NCBI GenBank assembly: GCA_031407405.1
Contig: JANOIG010000193.1
Coordinates: forward strand, 32,436-96,435
Length of the DNA: 64,000 nt
Direction: 5' to 3'
From: Deltaproteobacteria bacterium
GTDB taxonomy: Bacteria > Myxococcota_A > Polyangia > Polyangiales > Polyangiaceae
The notes below the pieces were generated by a model that saw nothing but the letters and a program-made list of their open reading frames with translations, did not search any database and had not been told where the DNA came from. Positions within the stretch are counted from its first letter, which is position 1, and the number at the start of each line of letters is the position of its first letter. Both the position numbers and the translations under genes were made by a program. Below are positions 28,569 to 37,389 of this stretch, piece by piece.

Positions 28569-29417
28569 TCAGCCGGGCCAGGCACCTGAGCTGGGGGCAA
28601 AAACCACGATTCTTGCCCAGAGTGCCGGAGGGCAACGGCGCTTCAGAATTTGGTGGACCTCTGCGGGCGCATAGAGCTGGCTGAAATGCATCAACACGAT
28701 GACCTCATTTTCGAAGGCATCGGCCTTGTCGATCAGCTCGTCCAGGTGCACGTGACCGCCGGCGCGACTCGACTGAATGTCCTTCCGCTCATCAAGAAAC
28801 GAGCATTCGAGAATCAGTACCCTCGTCTTCAATAGTGAGGGAGTGGTTTCCACGACGCGCAGCAACGTGTCTGTGGCGTAGGCCAGCTCGAGGCGCTCCT
28901 CCTGGTCAAAGATATCCTCACCCCGCTTGCGCCGTTCGGCGATTTCCTTGCCGGGTAGGCCGAGATGACTCGGCTTTAGTTTCTGCACCCGCGAGAAGAA
29001 TTGGTAACCGAGCGAGGGCCCAATATGATGGGTGCGAAATGCTCGCACGTTGAGATCCGGTCGGAGCATGAATTCGTCTCCTGGGCTCATCGGCCGCGCG
29101 TTAATCGAGAATTCGTAACGTTGGCCGCGGCTGAAAAGGCTGAGCGCCTCGCGCGTGCTGTCAGCAATCTCGGCCGGCAGAAATACCTGGGGCGGGCTCA
29201 TGCGCTGGAGGCCGCGGATCCCAAGCAGGGTCACCAGGGCTCCGATGTGGTCGGCGTGGCCGTGGCTCACGAAAATGTGCTCAGCCCCTGCGCAGCTGCG
29301 AGCTGCCAGACCAACATCGAACAGTACACCCAGCTCGCGTACGAACATGGAGGTGTAGATGCCGGCGACCGAGACGCCTCGGATCGTGTACGGGCCCGCC
29401 GCGACAGTAGTGAGCAT
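28569..29417 (-). CDS. MBL-fold metallo-hydrolase (RNase Z-like)
   Basis: 'IFVSHGHADHIGAL' HxHxDH motif. Confidence 0.8.
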   Translation of the reverse strand: MLTTVAAGPYTIRGVSVAGIYTSMFVRELGVLFDVGLAARSCAGAEHIFVSHGHADHIGALVTLLGIRGLQRMSPPQVFLPAEIADSTREALSLFSRGQRYEFSINARPMSPGDEFMLRPDLNVRAFRTHHIGPSLGYQFFSRVQKLKPSHLGLPGKEIAERRKRGEDIFDQEERLELAYATDTLLRVVETTPSLLKTRVLILECSFLDERKDIQSSRAGGHVHLDELIDKADAFENEVIVLMHFSQLYAPAEVHQILKRRCPPALWARIVVFAPSSGAWPG

Positions 29418-29754
29418 GGCGAGGGCGTAGCAATCCCGCTCAATGCGGGAGTAGAGCCGCGCTTTGTGTTTGGCGCTGCGTGCGCTGGGCAGCGGCTACC
29501 ACTGCGACAGGGCAAGACACGAGAAATGCCATGAAGGCGAAGTGTAGCGCTGGTCGACTGCATGCGTCCAGCGTGCGAGCCGGGCTGCGATGTGTTCCCC
29601 GCCGAGGCACGTGCCCAGGTCGACTGCCGAGCCGACTCTGGACGGGCATTTTTACGGCTTTTTGCGCTGCTCCCCTCAGGCCGAGCTAGAGCCCTGAGAA
29701 CATGCTAGGGTGTTAGTGTGCTTGGGTCGCGAGCGAGGCAGGCAGGCGTGAAGC

Positions 29755-30279
29755 ATGGCTAAACGCACTCTCGTGCTCACACCATGGTATTTCCCACATA
29801 AAGTGGTGAGTTGGCAGACGGCGGTCACCATGATGTACCTGGGCAAGGTGGATGTGCTGGTGTCGTACTCGGAAGAGTTGCGTTCGCCATCCACGACCAT
29901 CAAGACGCCCGCGGTGCTTCGCCTCAAGAAGAAGGTGATTACGATCAAGCGCGGCGTGCGGTTCTCCCGCCTCAACGTGTACACGCGGGATAACTTTACC
30001 TGCATGTATTGCGCGAAGCGTTTGGCAGCTTCCGAGCTCACGTTTGATCATGTGCTCCCGCGCAGCAGAGGTGGTGCGACGCGCTGGGACAACATCGTGA
30101 GCGCATGCCACTCGTGCAATCGGAGGAAGGGCAACCGGACCCCGGAGCAGGCCGGCATGGATCCTTTGCGTAAGCCGTATCGGCCGCAGACCTTGCCCAT
30201 GCTGCCACCCCGCATCGATCTGGAGACGGCTCCTGATGAGTGGCGAGTGTTCTGCGAGGCATTGCCTCAACCTGGCTGA
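29755..30279 (+). CDS. HNH endonuclease (stand-alone, McrA-like)
   Basis: 'CMYCAKRL...LTFDHVLPRSRGGATRWDNIVSACHSCNRRKGNRTPEQ' is a CxxC...H-N-H...CxxC zinc/HNH core. Confidence 0.85.
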   Translation: MAKRTLVLTPWYFPHKVVSWQTAVTMMYLGKVDVLVSYSEELRSPSTTIKTPAVLRLKKKVITIKRGVRFSRLNVYTRDNFTCMYCAKRLAASELTFDHVLPRSRGGATRWDNIVSACHSCNRRKGNRTPEQAGMDPLRKPYRPQTLPMLPPRIDLETAPDEWRVFCEALPQPG

Positions 30280-30440
30280 TCTGATCTAGCTGTGCTTTTT
30301 GACCGGCGAAAGGGAACCACCGAACCCGGGCCGTGACCGCCTCGCCGCCAACCTAGCCGGACCCGCGATGCCTCGTTTCTTTCGAGAGACAACCAGGGTC
30401 GGGTATTATACTACGCAAGCGTGGATCCCTCAATAGCTCC

Positions 30441-31994
30441 GTGACTGATCGGCCTCCATCATGGCGCGCGACATGGCTCGCTCTGAGCAGCTGGCGGACG
30501 GCGGCGGTAAGCCTATTGTCACTCTCTTCCGGATTACCGCTCGGGTTGGTAGCGATCACAATTCCGGCGTGGCTCGCGTTCGAAAAGGTCGACATCAAAA
30601 TCATTGGTCTCTTTACGCTCGCGCAGGCGCCCTGGAGCTTCAAGTTTCTTTGGTCGCCGTTGATGGATCGATGCACGCTCCCATTCAAACGTCTGAGCCG
30701 CAAGCTTGGCTGGACCTTGGTGATGCAGGCGGGATTACTGGCGCTCACGCTATGGCTCGCGGGCCTTGCCACGCATCCCGATGCAATCTGGATGATCGCC
30801 AGCTTGACCCTAGCTATCGCCGTCGCCTCGGCGAGCCAGGACATTGCGGTCGATGCCTATACTGTTGAAATATTGGAACGGCACGAACAAGGATTGGCCG
30901 TTGGGGCTCGCACTGCGCTCTACCGTGGCGCCATGTTTCTCGCGGGCGGGCTCGCCATTACGCTCGCCGGATCATGGTCCTGGCCATTCGTGTTCGCCGG
31001 CATCGCCTTGCTGTACGTGCCGTTGATGCTGGTCACCTGGTTCGCGCCGCGACCCGCGGCCGACACATCGCACACGGCGGTGTCGGTGCGCGCGGCGGTA
31101 TGGGATCCGTTCGTTGGCTTCCTTGCAAAGGCGCGAGCGCTCGAGTTGCTCGCTTTTGTGCTGTTATATAAGCTCGCCGACAACCTCGCCGGTGGGCTGT
31201 TACGCCCGTTTCTAGTCCAGGTCGGTTTCAATCACGTGGACGTCGGACTTGCTTCGGCGACCATTGGTCTGGTGGCGACGTTGGTGGGCACACTGCTCGG
31301 CGGCATACTGACGACCACGATAGGACTGGGTCATACGCTATGGATCTCGGGCGCGCTGCAGATTACGTCGAACTTCGGGTACGTATGGATTGCCGTCGCC
31401 GGTGTTGATCGTGTGGTCATGTACGGCTCCATGGGCTTCGAAAGCTTCACGAGTGGCATGGGCACGGGTGCTTTCAGCGTCTTGTTGCTGCGCATGACGC
31501 AGAGGGAATTTTCTGCCACGCAGTACGCCCTCTTTTCGAGCTTGTTCGCCTTGCCGCGTATCGTCGCGGGGCCTGTGACCGGCGTGCTAGTAGATGCCAT
31601 GGGCTGGGTCGGCTTCTTTCTATTCACGATCGTGATCGGCGTTCCCGGATTGATTCTGCTGCATCGCTTCTCGCCGCTTGGCGTACGCGAACCTCAAATC
31701 GAGGCCTTGGCGCCGTTGGCACCGCGCGTGCTCACACGCATCGACCTGATGCGGCGTGCGGTGGCAAGCGGCATCGTCACATTTGCGTTAGCCGCGCTCT
31801 CTGTTTCGGCGCTAAACGCCATCAGGCTTGCGCGCGCGACCGACGGGGATTTTGCCCTACTCGCTTCGCTCCGTCAGCTGTTTTCCCCCGTGCATGTCGG
31901 CGACTGGCCCAGGCTCCTCGGTGTTGCGCTCTTCAGTGTGGTGATTGCCCTTGCGACAGCCGCTACGGCGGCGGCGCGCGTGAGGCGTGTGTAG
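30441..31994 (+). CDS. ampG: MFS transporter, AmpG (muropeptide permease) family
   Basis: N-terminal 'LLSLSSGLPLGLVAITIPAWL' resembles the AmpG signature. There are at least 12 hydrophobic segments. Confidence 0.75.
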   Translation: MTDRPPSWRATWLALSSWRTAAVSLLSLSSGLPLGLVAITIPAWLAFEKVDIKIIGLFTLAQAPWSFKFLWSPLMDRCTLPFKRLSRKLGWTLVMQAGLLALTLWLAGLATHPDAIWMIASLTLAIAVASASQDIAVDAYTVEILERHEQGLAVGARTALYRGAMFLAGGLAITLAGSWSWPFVFAGIALLYVPLMLVTWFAPRPAADTSHTAVSVRAAVWDPFVGFLAKARALELLAFVLLYKLADNLAGGLLRPFLVQVGFNHVDVGLASATIGLVATLVGTLLGGILTTTIGLGHTLWISGALQITSNFGYVWIAVAGVDRVVMYGSMGFESFTSGMGTGAFSVLLLRMTQREFSATQYALFSSLFALPRIVAGPVTGVLVDAMGWVGFFLFTIVIGVPGLILLHRFSPLGVREPQIEALAPLAPRVLTRIDLMRRAVASGIVTFALAALSVSALNAIRLARATDGDFALLASLRQLFSPVHVGDWPRLLGVALFSVVIALATAATAAARVRRV

Positions 31995-32020
31995 ACCTTG
32001 GGCAGATGCTCCGGGCGGGC

Positions 32021-32509
32021 TTAGCGAGGACCTGTCGCGGCCCGCCGTGCGATAATCCAATACGAGACGGCGGCCACGATGGCTGCCGTGACCAGAGATA
32101 CGAGCAGTATCCCGAACATGAAGGCGAGCACGTGTGGACGCGCATCTTGCCAGAGCCGACCGAAGACTTCTCGCACGGTGGACAGGCTGAGCTGTTGCAG
32201 CTCGCTCAGCAGCTCCACGTCGACCGGGGGTGGGGCAGTCAACGTTTTGCCCAGAAAGTACCCGAGGGGATAGAAGAACATGAACAGAGTGGGCGGTGTG
32301 GCCACGAAAGATGCCATGAGCCCCGGCCCTTTCGGCAACCGGCACAGCGTAGTCACCAGCACAGTGAGGGGTAACGCAATGCCGATCGTGGGCAAGACCG
32401 CGATGAACACGCCGACGAAAACCGATATGGCCACCAAGACCGCACTTTGCCCTTCCGGAAACAGGGCGCGGTAAAACGCGCGCACGTGCTGACGAAAACC
32501 GATGCTCAA
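32021..32509 (-). CDS. DUF2062-like small integral membrane protein
   Basis: Three clear TM segments ('AVLVAISVFVGVFIAVLPTIGIALPL', 'LMASFVATPPTLFMFFYPLGYFLG', 'VLAFMFGILLVSLVTAAIVAAVSYWII'). The in-frame TTG at 32509 overlaps the upstream stop (TTGA). The longer 5' extension is Arg/Gly-rich. Confidence 0.55.
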   Translation of the reverse strand: MSIGFRQHVRAFYRALFPEGQSAVLVAISVFVGVFIAVLPTIGIALPLTVLVTTLCRLPKGPGLMASFVATPPTLFMFFYPLGYFLGKTLTAPPPVDVELLSELQQLSLSTVREVFGRLWQDARPHVLAFMFGILLVSLVTAAIVAAVSYWIIARRAATGPR

Positions 32510-33279
32510 GCGCTGTGCCGGGTACCGTCCGCCTGCGGGTGTGAAATGGCCTTCGCCGGCGCTTGGCCGAGCCCGCAGGCTGCCGCCACGTCGTCGCGAT
32601 ACAGGCGCCAAGTGTCCAAGGCATCGCGCATTGCCGCGACCACGGAAGCCCGTGCTGCCTCCGGAACGTGACGCGTGATGATGCGCCATGCGGCCGCGCG
32701 ATGGCTACCTTCGACCTGCCGGTGGGCCTTCGTCAGGGCGAGGTGTTCGATGGGAAGCCCGTAATGGACGACGAGCGGGTGTTCTTCCAGAGGTGGGACA
32801 GGGCGTCGGGGTGCTCCCTCGTCGAGCTCGCCACGTTCATATTGAGTCCCCTCGATGAACAAGGTGGACACGGCAGCCGCGACTTCCCAGCCAGAGGCTT
32901 GTGTCGTTCGATCGAGCACGTCACGATAGCGCCGCGCGGCCGGTAACAATTCCACGCGCTCGAAGCGCGCGAGGTCCATGCCAAGTCCGCGGGCATATTC
33001 GAGAAACAGCTCGGGATGTGGGCGGCCCGCGATGAGGCCCCCCGTCTCCTCCTCGTACAAATTCTCGGCGAGCTCCCGCCGGACTTCGGGGATGGGGCAC
33101 TGCACATAGGCGCGGCCCACCATCACTGGAAAGTCACGCACGTAGGTCGCGTACTCCTGCTCGAAGTGAATGTGCAGGCGCTCAGGCTTGACGTTGCCCG
33201 AAGTGAAGTGCCGCCATGCCCAATGGCTCTTGCCCTCCATGACCTTCAGTAGCTGCTCGACGAACTCTTCGGACCCCAT
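32506..33279 (-). CDS. heme-oxygenase-like fold protein (PqqC/TenA/CADD-type iron-containing redox enzyme family)
   Basis: From ATG 33279: 'HWAWRHFTSGNVKPERLHIHFEQEYATYVRDFP...ENLYEEETGG...HPELFLEYARGLG...STLFIEG...AHRQVEGSH', resembling PqqC/TenA helices with E/H ligand positions. Confidence 0.6.
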   Translation of the reverse strand: MGSEEFVEQLLKVMEGKSHWAWRHFTSGNVKPERLHIHFEQEYATYVRDFPVMVGRAYVQCPIPEVRRELAENLYEEETGGLIAGRPHPELFLEYARGLGMDLARFERVELLPAARRYRDVLDRTTQASGWEVAAAVSTLFIEGTQYERGELDEGAPRRPVPPLEEHPLVVHYGLPIEHLALTKAHRQVEGSHRAAAWRIITRHVPEAARASVVAAMRDALDTWRLYRDDVAAACGLGQAPAKAISHPQADGTRHSA

Positions 33280-33335
33280 GCCATACCTTAGCACGTGCTC
33301 GTTGGCGGGCGCGGAAGGCGGAGGAAGCTCGAGGC

Positions 33336-34751
33336 CTAGACGTAACGACGCGACAGCATCTCGACGAGCGCGCGCAGCGCAAAAGCTTCCCCGCCTACCG
33401 GGCGACCTGGTCTTGATTCGAGGTTCCAGGCCATCGTGTCGATGTGCGCCCAATGTGTGGCCGGCGACACGAACCGCTCGAGAAACAGCGCTGCAGTGAT
33501 GGCGCCCGCGTAGCTGTCGTTCGAGACATTGTTCAAGTCGGCAATCGGGCTTTCGAGTTGCTTGGCGTAGGGCTGGTGTAGGGGCATTCTCCACAATGGG
33601 TCCCGAGTTGCGAGGCCGGCCGCCAGGATCGCCTCGGCAGTGCCGTCGTGGTTCGAGAAGAGCGCCGGCAGGGTTGTCCCGAGCGCGATCCGGGCCGCGC
33701 CCGTGAGGGTTGCCGCGTCGATCAGGAGGTCTGGGCGCTCTTCGTCAGCCGCCGCGAGAGCATCACTCAAGATCAGCCGACCTTCGGCGTCGGTGTTCCC
33801 GACCTCCACGGTGAGTCCTTTTCGGGTATTCAGCACGTCCAACGGTCGCATCGCGTTCGGCCCGATGCTGTTCTCCACCGCCGGCACGATCACGCGCAAG
33901 CGAATTGGAAGGCCGAGCGACATGACGACGTGGGCGACACCCAGAACCAGGGCCGCGCCCCCCATGTCCTTCTTCATCAATTTCATGCCGGCCGCCGGCT
34001 TGAGATCGAGCCCGCCGCTGTCGAAGACAACACCCTTGCCCACGAGCGTCACTTTGGGATTCTCAGCCTTGCCCCAAACTAGGTCGAGCAGGTGCGGTGG
34101 CTGGGCAGCCGCGCGACCCACTGCATAGACCGCGGGAAACTCCTCGAGTTGCTTCTGGCCGCGCAGAACTCGCGCTTTACCACCGTGCTGCTTGGCCAAT
34201 CGCTGGCCTTCTTGGGTGAGCTCGGCGGGGCCCATGTGCTCGGCCGGCGTATTGATCAGGTCACGACATAGGCCGATGCCCTCGACGAGTGCCGTCATAC
34301 GACGGCGATCGGCGGCCTCCGGCCAGACGAGGGTGGCGAACCCTCCGTCGAATTTCTTGTAGCGCTCAAAGCGGTATGTTCCGAGGGCCCAGCCCAGCGC
34401 GGCGGCGTTGGCTTGACCAACTTCTGGTGACGGCTCGATCCGGTAGCGACCGCGCGGCAAACGCGCCGGCAGGGAGGCATAGCTCCATGCGTCGTCGAGC
34501 GATGACACTCCCACCAGAGCCCGTGCCACCCCGCCATCGGAGCCCGGCAGCAAACACAACTCGCCGTCGTTAGCCGCAAACTGCGTGCTGCGAACCCAGC
34601 GCTGCACTTTTGCCGGTTGCCGATGCAGCCACCCCGCCAACGTTTTGCGATTCAGAGCCGTCAGGGGGAGCGTTGATTTTGATGCATTCGGAACCAGGTT
34701 TGCGAGCATGGCGAACCGGTTAACCGGCCCCAAGGGTCGCGTCAACATCAA
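33336..34751 (-). CDS. pepA: leucyl aminopeptidase family (peptidase M17)
   Basis: 'VGKGVVFDSGGLDLKPAAGMKLMKKDMGGAA' and 'NTDAEGRLILSDAL' M17 signatures. Confidence 0.9.
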   Translation of the reverse strand: MMLTRPLGPVNRFAMLANLVPNASKSTLPLTALNRKTLAGWLHRQPAKVQRWVRSTQFAANDGELCLLPGSDGGVARALVGVSSLDDAWSYASLPARLPRGRYRIEPSPEVGQANAAALGWALGTYRFERYKKFDGGFATLVWPEAADRRRMTALVEGIGLCRDLINTPAEHMGPAELTQEGQRLAKQHGGKARVLRGQKQLEEFPAVYAVGRAAAQPPHLLDLVWGKAENPKVTLVGKGVVFDSGGLDLKPAAGMKLMKKDMGGAALVLGVAHVVMSLGLPIRLRVIVPAVENSIGPNAMRPLDVLNTRKGLTVEVGNTDAEGRLILSDALAAADEERPDLLIDAATLTGAARIALGTTLPALFSNHDGTAEAILAAGLATRDPLWRMPLHQPYAKQLESPIADLNNVSNDSYAGAITAALFLERFVSPATHWAHIDTMAWNLESRPGRPVGGEAFALRALVEMLSRRYV

Positions 34752-34786
34752 GCGGGCAAGCTACAGAATGGGACGAATGCCCAAGC

Positions 34787-34963
34787 TCACTCGCGAGTCA
34801 GCACTAAATAGGCAATCTGGCCCAGCCAGGTGATGACGATGGCCACCACCATCAGGGTCACGAAGCGATCGATGCGCCGACCTAGCTGCTTGAGCTGTGG
34901 ACGGAAGAACATGTGCCCGACGACTGTGAGGCCCAAAGCCAATGCCAGAAGCTTCTGCAGCAT
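34787..34963 (-). CDS. possible 58-aa two-TM membrane protein (below the ORF-track length cutoff)
   Basis: My own translation: 'MLQKLLALALGLTVVGHMFFRPQLKQLGRRIDRFVTLMVVAIVITWLGQIAYLVLTRE*'. GAGGGA lies 7 nt upstream of the ATG. GC3-rich codons. It sits 35 nt upstream of the M17 peptidase gene. Confidence 0.4.
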   Translation of the reverse strand: MLQKLLALALGLTVVGHMFFRPQLKQLGRRIDRFVTLMVVAIVITWLGQIAYLVLTRE

Positions 34964-35390
34964 GGCCTAGTCCCTCGTGTCGTTCGCGAGGCTGAGAATA
35001 CCGGGCGACGGGTCGGTCGACGCATGCATCCCGACGTTCGTAGCATGAACTTCCTTACTTGCCCCGCAGTACCGCGCAGGCGTAGGTGTGCTATCAAAGC
35101 GCCCCAAACGACCGTGACAGACCTCTTCGCTCGTCGAAACGCGCTTAATTGGTTCAGAAATGGTCTAGTGGGCTTTGGTGTTTGAGATGAGCGTCGTTGC
35201 CCACTCAGTTACCTGGCTAGCGCGCCTTTGGCACGAGTAGTTATTTGACCGATCGATTAGCAGCCGTAGTGGTGGGCCCTTCCACGGACCGGGATCTTTG
35301 GAATCCCGTATGTTTCGGGATTGACACCCCCTGGGTCTTGGACAGCAATTGGCGCCGCCAAGAGCGGCAGAACGAGATTGCCCGTTGCTC

Positions 35391-36443
35391 ATGAACGGAA
35401 TTGAACAGTACCGAAAATTCGAGAAGGCACTGGAGCGTGCTCGGGGGAAGTCGCTCTTGGTCCTGCTCAGCGGTCATCCCGATCCGGATGCAATCGGCAG
35501 CGCGTTGGCGCACCGGCTCATTTGCGAAAAGATGGAGATCTCGACGACCATCGCCCACGTCCTGCCGGTATCTCGACCCGAGAACCGTGCGCTCGTGAAG
35601 CTGCTGAACTTAAACATGCAGCAGGTTTCCGATCCGCGTGAGCTCCAGGACTTCGACTTCCTGTCTCTAGTCGATACCAGCACGACCGAGAGCAGCATTG
35701 ACCTGCCGGAACAGCTGAAGCTGTTGACCGTGGTCGATCACCACCGAAAGCCCGCCAAGCTGACGGCCGAGTTTTCCGACGTGCGGCCCGACGTCGGCGC
35801 GACCTGCACCATCTATGCGGAGTACCTCGCGGGGCTTTCGCCGTTTACCGGTGATTCGATTGAGGACACTCGCGTCGCGACGGCCCTTCTATTTGGTATC
35901 GAGACAGATACCGACGATTTTTCGCTGGCCACGTCGGCTGACTTCAAGGCAGCCGCTTACCTAAAGCCTCACGTCGACACGCCCCTGCTCTTGCGCGTTG
36001 GGCATCGCCGCATGGCCGAGGAATCGATGACCGCAATCGGTCGAGCACTACTCGATCTCGAAGTCGTGCGGGAGTTCGCATTTGCGTCTGTAGGCAGGGT
36101 CTCTGCCACCAATCGCGATGCGATACCGACCGCCGCCGACTTCATCTTGCGGCGTGAAGACATCGACACCGTGGTGGTCTTTGGCATCGTGGACGACCGC
36201 ATTGATGGCTCGCTTCGAACGCACAGTGCCAGCGTAGACCCGGCCCTGTTCATGGAGCATGCATTTGGTACCGATTCCGCGGGGCGGCCTTTCGGTGGCG
36301 GCAGGGCCGACAAGGGTGGTTTTCAGATACCGCTCGGCATCCTGGCAGATTGCGCCGATAGCAACGTGCTGGCCAAGCTGGCACGCCAAGCAGTTCGCAA
36401 GCGCCTGACGCGCGTAGTACCGGGCCTAAACGGGGAATCATAG
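35391..36443 (+). CDS. DHH/DHHA1-family phosphoesterase (NrnA-like)
   Basis: 'LLSGHPDPDAIGSALA' (motifs I/II), 'LLTVVDHHRKP' (DHH), and C-terminal 'GGGRADKGG' in the DHHA1 position. Confidence 0.8.
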   Translation: MNGIEQYRKFEKALERARGKSLLVLLSGHPDPDAIGSALAHRLICEKMEISTTIAHVLPVSRPENRALVKLLNLNMQQVSDPRELQDFDFLSLVDTSTTESSIDLPEQLKLLTVVDHHRKPAKLTAEFSDVRPDVGATCTIYAEYLAGLSPFTGDSIEDTRVATALLFGIETDTDDFSLATSADFKAAAYLKPHVDTPLLLRVGHRRMAEESMTAIGRALLDLEVVREFAFASVGRVSATNRDAIPTAADFILRREDIDTVVVFGIVDDRIDGSLRTHSASVDPALFMEHAFGTDSAGRPFGGGRADKGGFQIPLGILADCADSNVLAKLARQAVRKRLTRVVPGLNGES

Positions 36444-36564
36444 GGCACTTGGCTGCTGCGCGCCTCGATGCGTCGGTTGTCGGTCCTCGCAATCCTCCTG
36501 GATTGCTGCGGCCTCCGCCCTAGCCTCGAGGCGCTCGCTAGCCAATTGCCCTATGACTCGCGTA

Positions 36565-36650
36565 GGGGACGGCTGCTTCGCCGAGTGGGCTTTGTGGGGG
36601 GATGGCTGCCTTGCCGCGTGGGCTTGTGGGGGATGGCTGCGCTTGTGGCT
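36565..36650. repeat. imperfect ~32-bp tandem repeat, about 2.7 copies
   Basis: Units 'ggggacggctgcttcgccgagtgggctttgt' / 'ggggggatggctgccttgccgcgtgggcttgt' / 'gggggatggctgcgcttgtggct', in the convergent gap between the DHH and methyltransferase genes. Confidence 0.5.
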
Positions 36651-37360
36651 TAGGGGCGTTTGGTGGCGGCGAATAGGGTCCAGGCTTTGTCGTCTTCGAT
36701 TAGGCGGGCGTTGAAGCCGGCTTCGGCGAGCAGGGTGAGCCACTCTTTTTCTGCGAACAGGCCGCAGTGGTGCCGGTCTTCGATGACTTCGACGGCTCGG
36801 GTTTGCTTGTCCCGAATCAGATAGATGAGGATGAGCTCGTACTCGGTGTCGCTTGGATTGGGGTCGTGCACGTAGCTGAAGTAGGTCAATCCCTGGCTTG
36901 GGTCGCCCTCATCGGCCACTTCGCCATCGATGAAGTTGTCGCGAGTGTAGGTGGGAGCGAGCAACAGCACGCCCCCCGGGTCGAGATGTGCTGCTGCCGT
37001 GGCTAGGGCTGCGCGGATATCGGTGGGGCTGCGCATGTAGTCTATGGCGTCGTGGACGAGCACGACATCGAAGTGCTCTCCCAAACGCAGCTGGCGCATG
37101 TCTGCCTGGATACGCCGAACGCTGGGCACCAAGAGTGCGCAGTTTTCAAGCATCCTTTCCGAAAGGTCGGTGGCAGTGCAGTCAAAATGTCCAGCGAGGT
37201 GGACGAGCATGTGCCCGCCTCCGGCACCCAGCTCCAAGAGCCGAGGCGCGGAGGCTTTCGGGGCGAGGTGCCGAAACGTCTGCCACAACGTCGCCGCCTC
37301 CTCTGCATAGTGGTCCGGGGGCGACAAGATCGGCCAAATCCAGGCCAGGTCGCTGTACAA
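36650..37360 (-). CDS. class I SAM-dependent methyltransferase
   Basis: Motif I 'RLLELGAGGGHMLVHL' and post-I 'DCTATDLS'. Confidence 0.8.
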   Translation of the reverse strand: MYSDLAWIWPILSPPDHYAEEAATLWQTFRHLAPKASAPRLLELGAGGGHMLVHLAGHFDCTATDLSERMLENCALLVPSVRRIQADMRQLRLGEHFDVVLVHDAIDYMRSPTDIRAALATAAAHLDPGGVLLLAPTYTRDNFIDGEVADEGDPSQGLTYFSYVHDPNPSDTEYELILIYLIRDKQTRAVEVIEDRHHCGLFAEKEWLTLLAEAGFNARLIEDDKAWTLFAATKRP

Positions 37361-37389
37361 GCGGGGTAGCGGGGTGTCGATGGAGAGTC

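Noticed and set aside
27855-28589. 244-aa plus-strand ORF spanning the Cys-rich lipoprotein locus.
   Set aside because: Its composition is Arg/Pro/Cys/Leu-rich with no SD or signal logic. The minus-strand 108-aa ORF has a perfect SD, a lipobox and an internally duplicated module, so it is the better explanation of the locus.
29755-30279. The stand-alone HNH endonuclease as a marker of a defence or mobile island.
   Set aside because: There is no neighbouring methyltransferase, helicase, integrase, toxin-antitoxin genes or compositional shift. The flanks are an MBL hydrolase and ampG. This small HNH family is widely conserved as a solitary chromosomal gene.
35291-35327. Mutually exclusive small hairpins upstream of the DHH gene (GGGAT...ATCCC versus AATCCCG...CGGGATT), resembling an attenuator.
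   Set aside because: The stems are only 5-7 bp, with no leader peptide, no U-tract and no match to a riboswitch I know. Such short alternatives arise by chance in GC-rich DNA.
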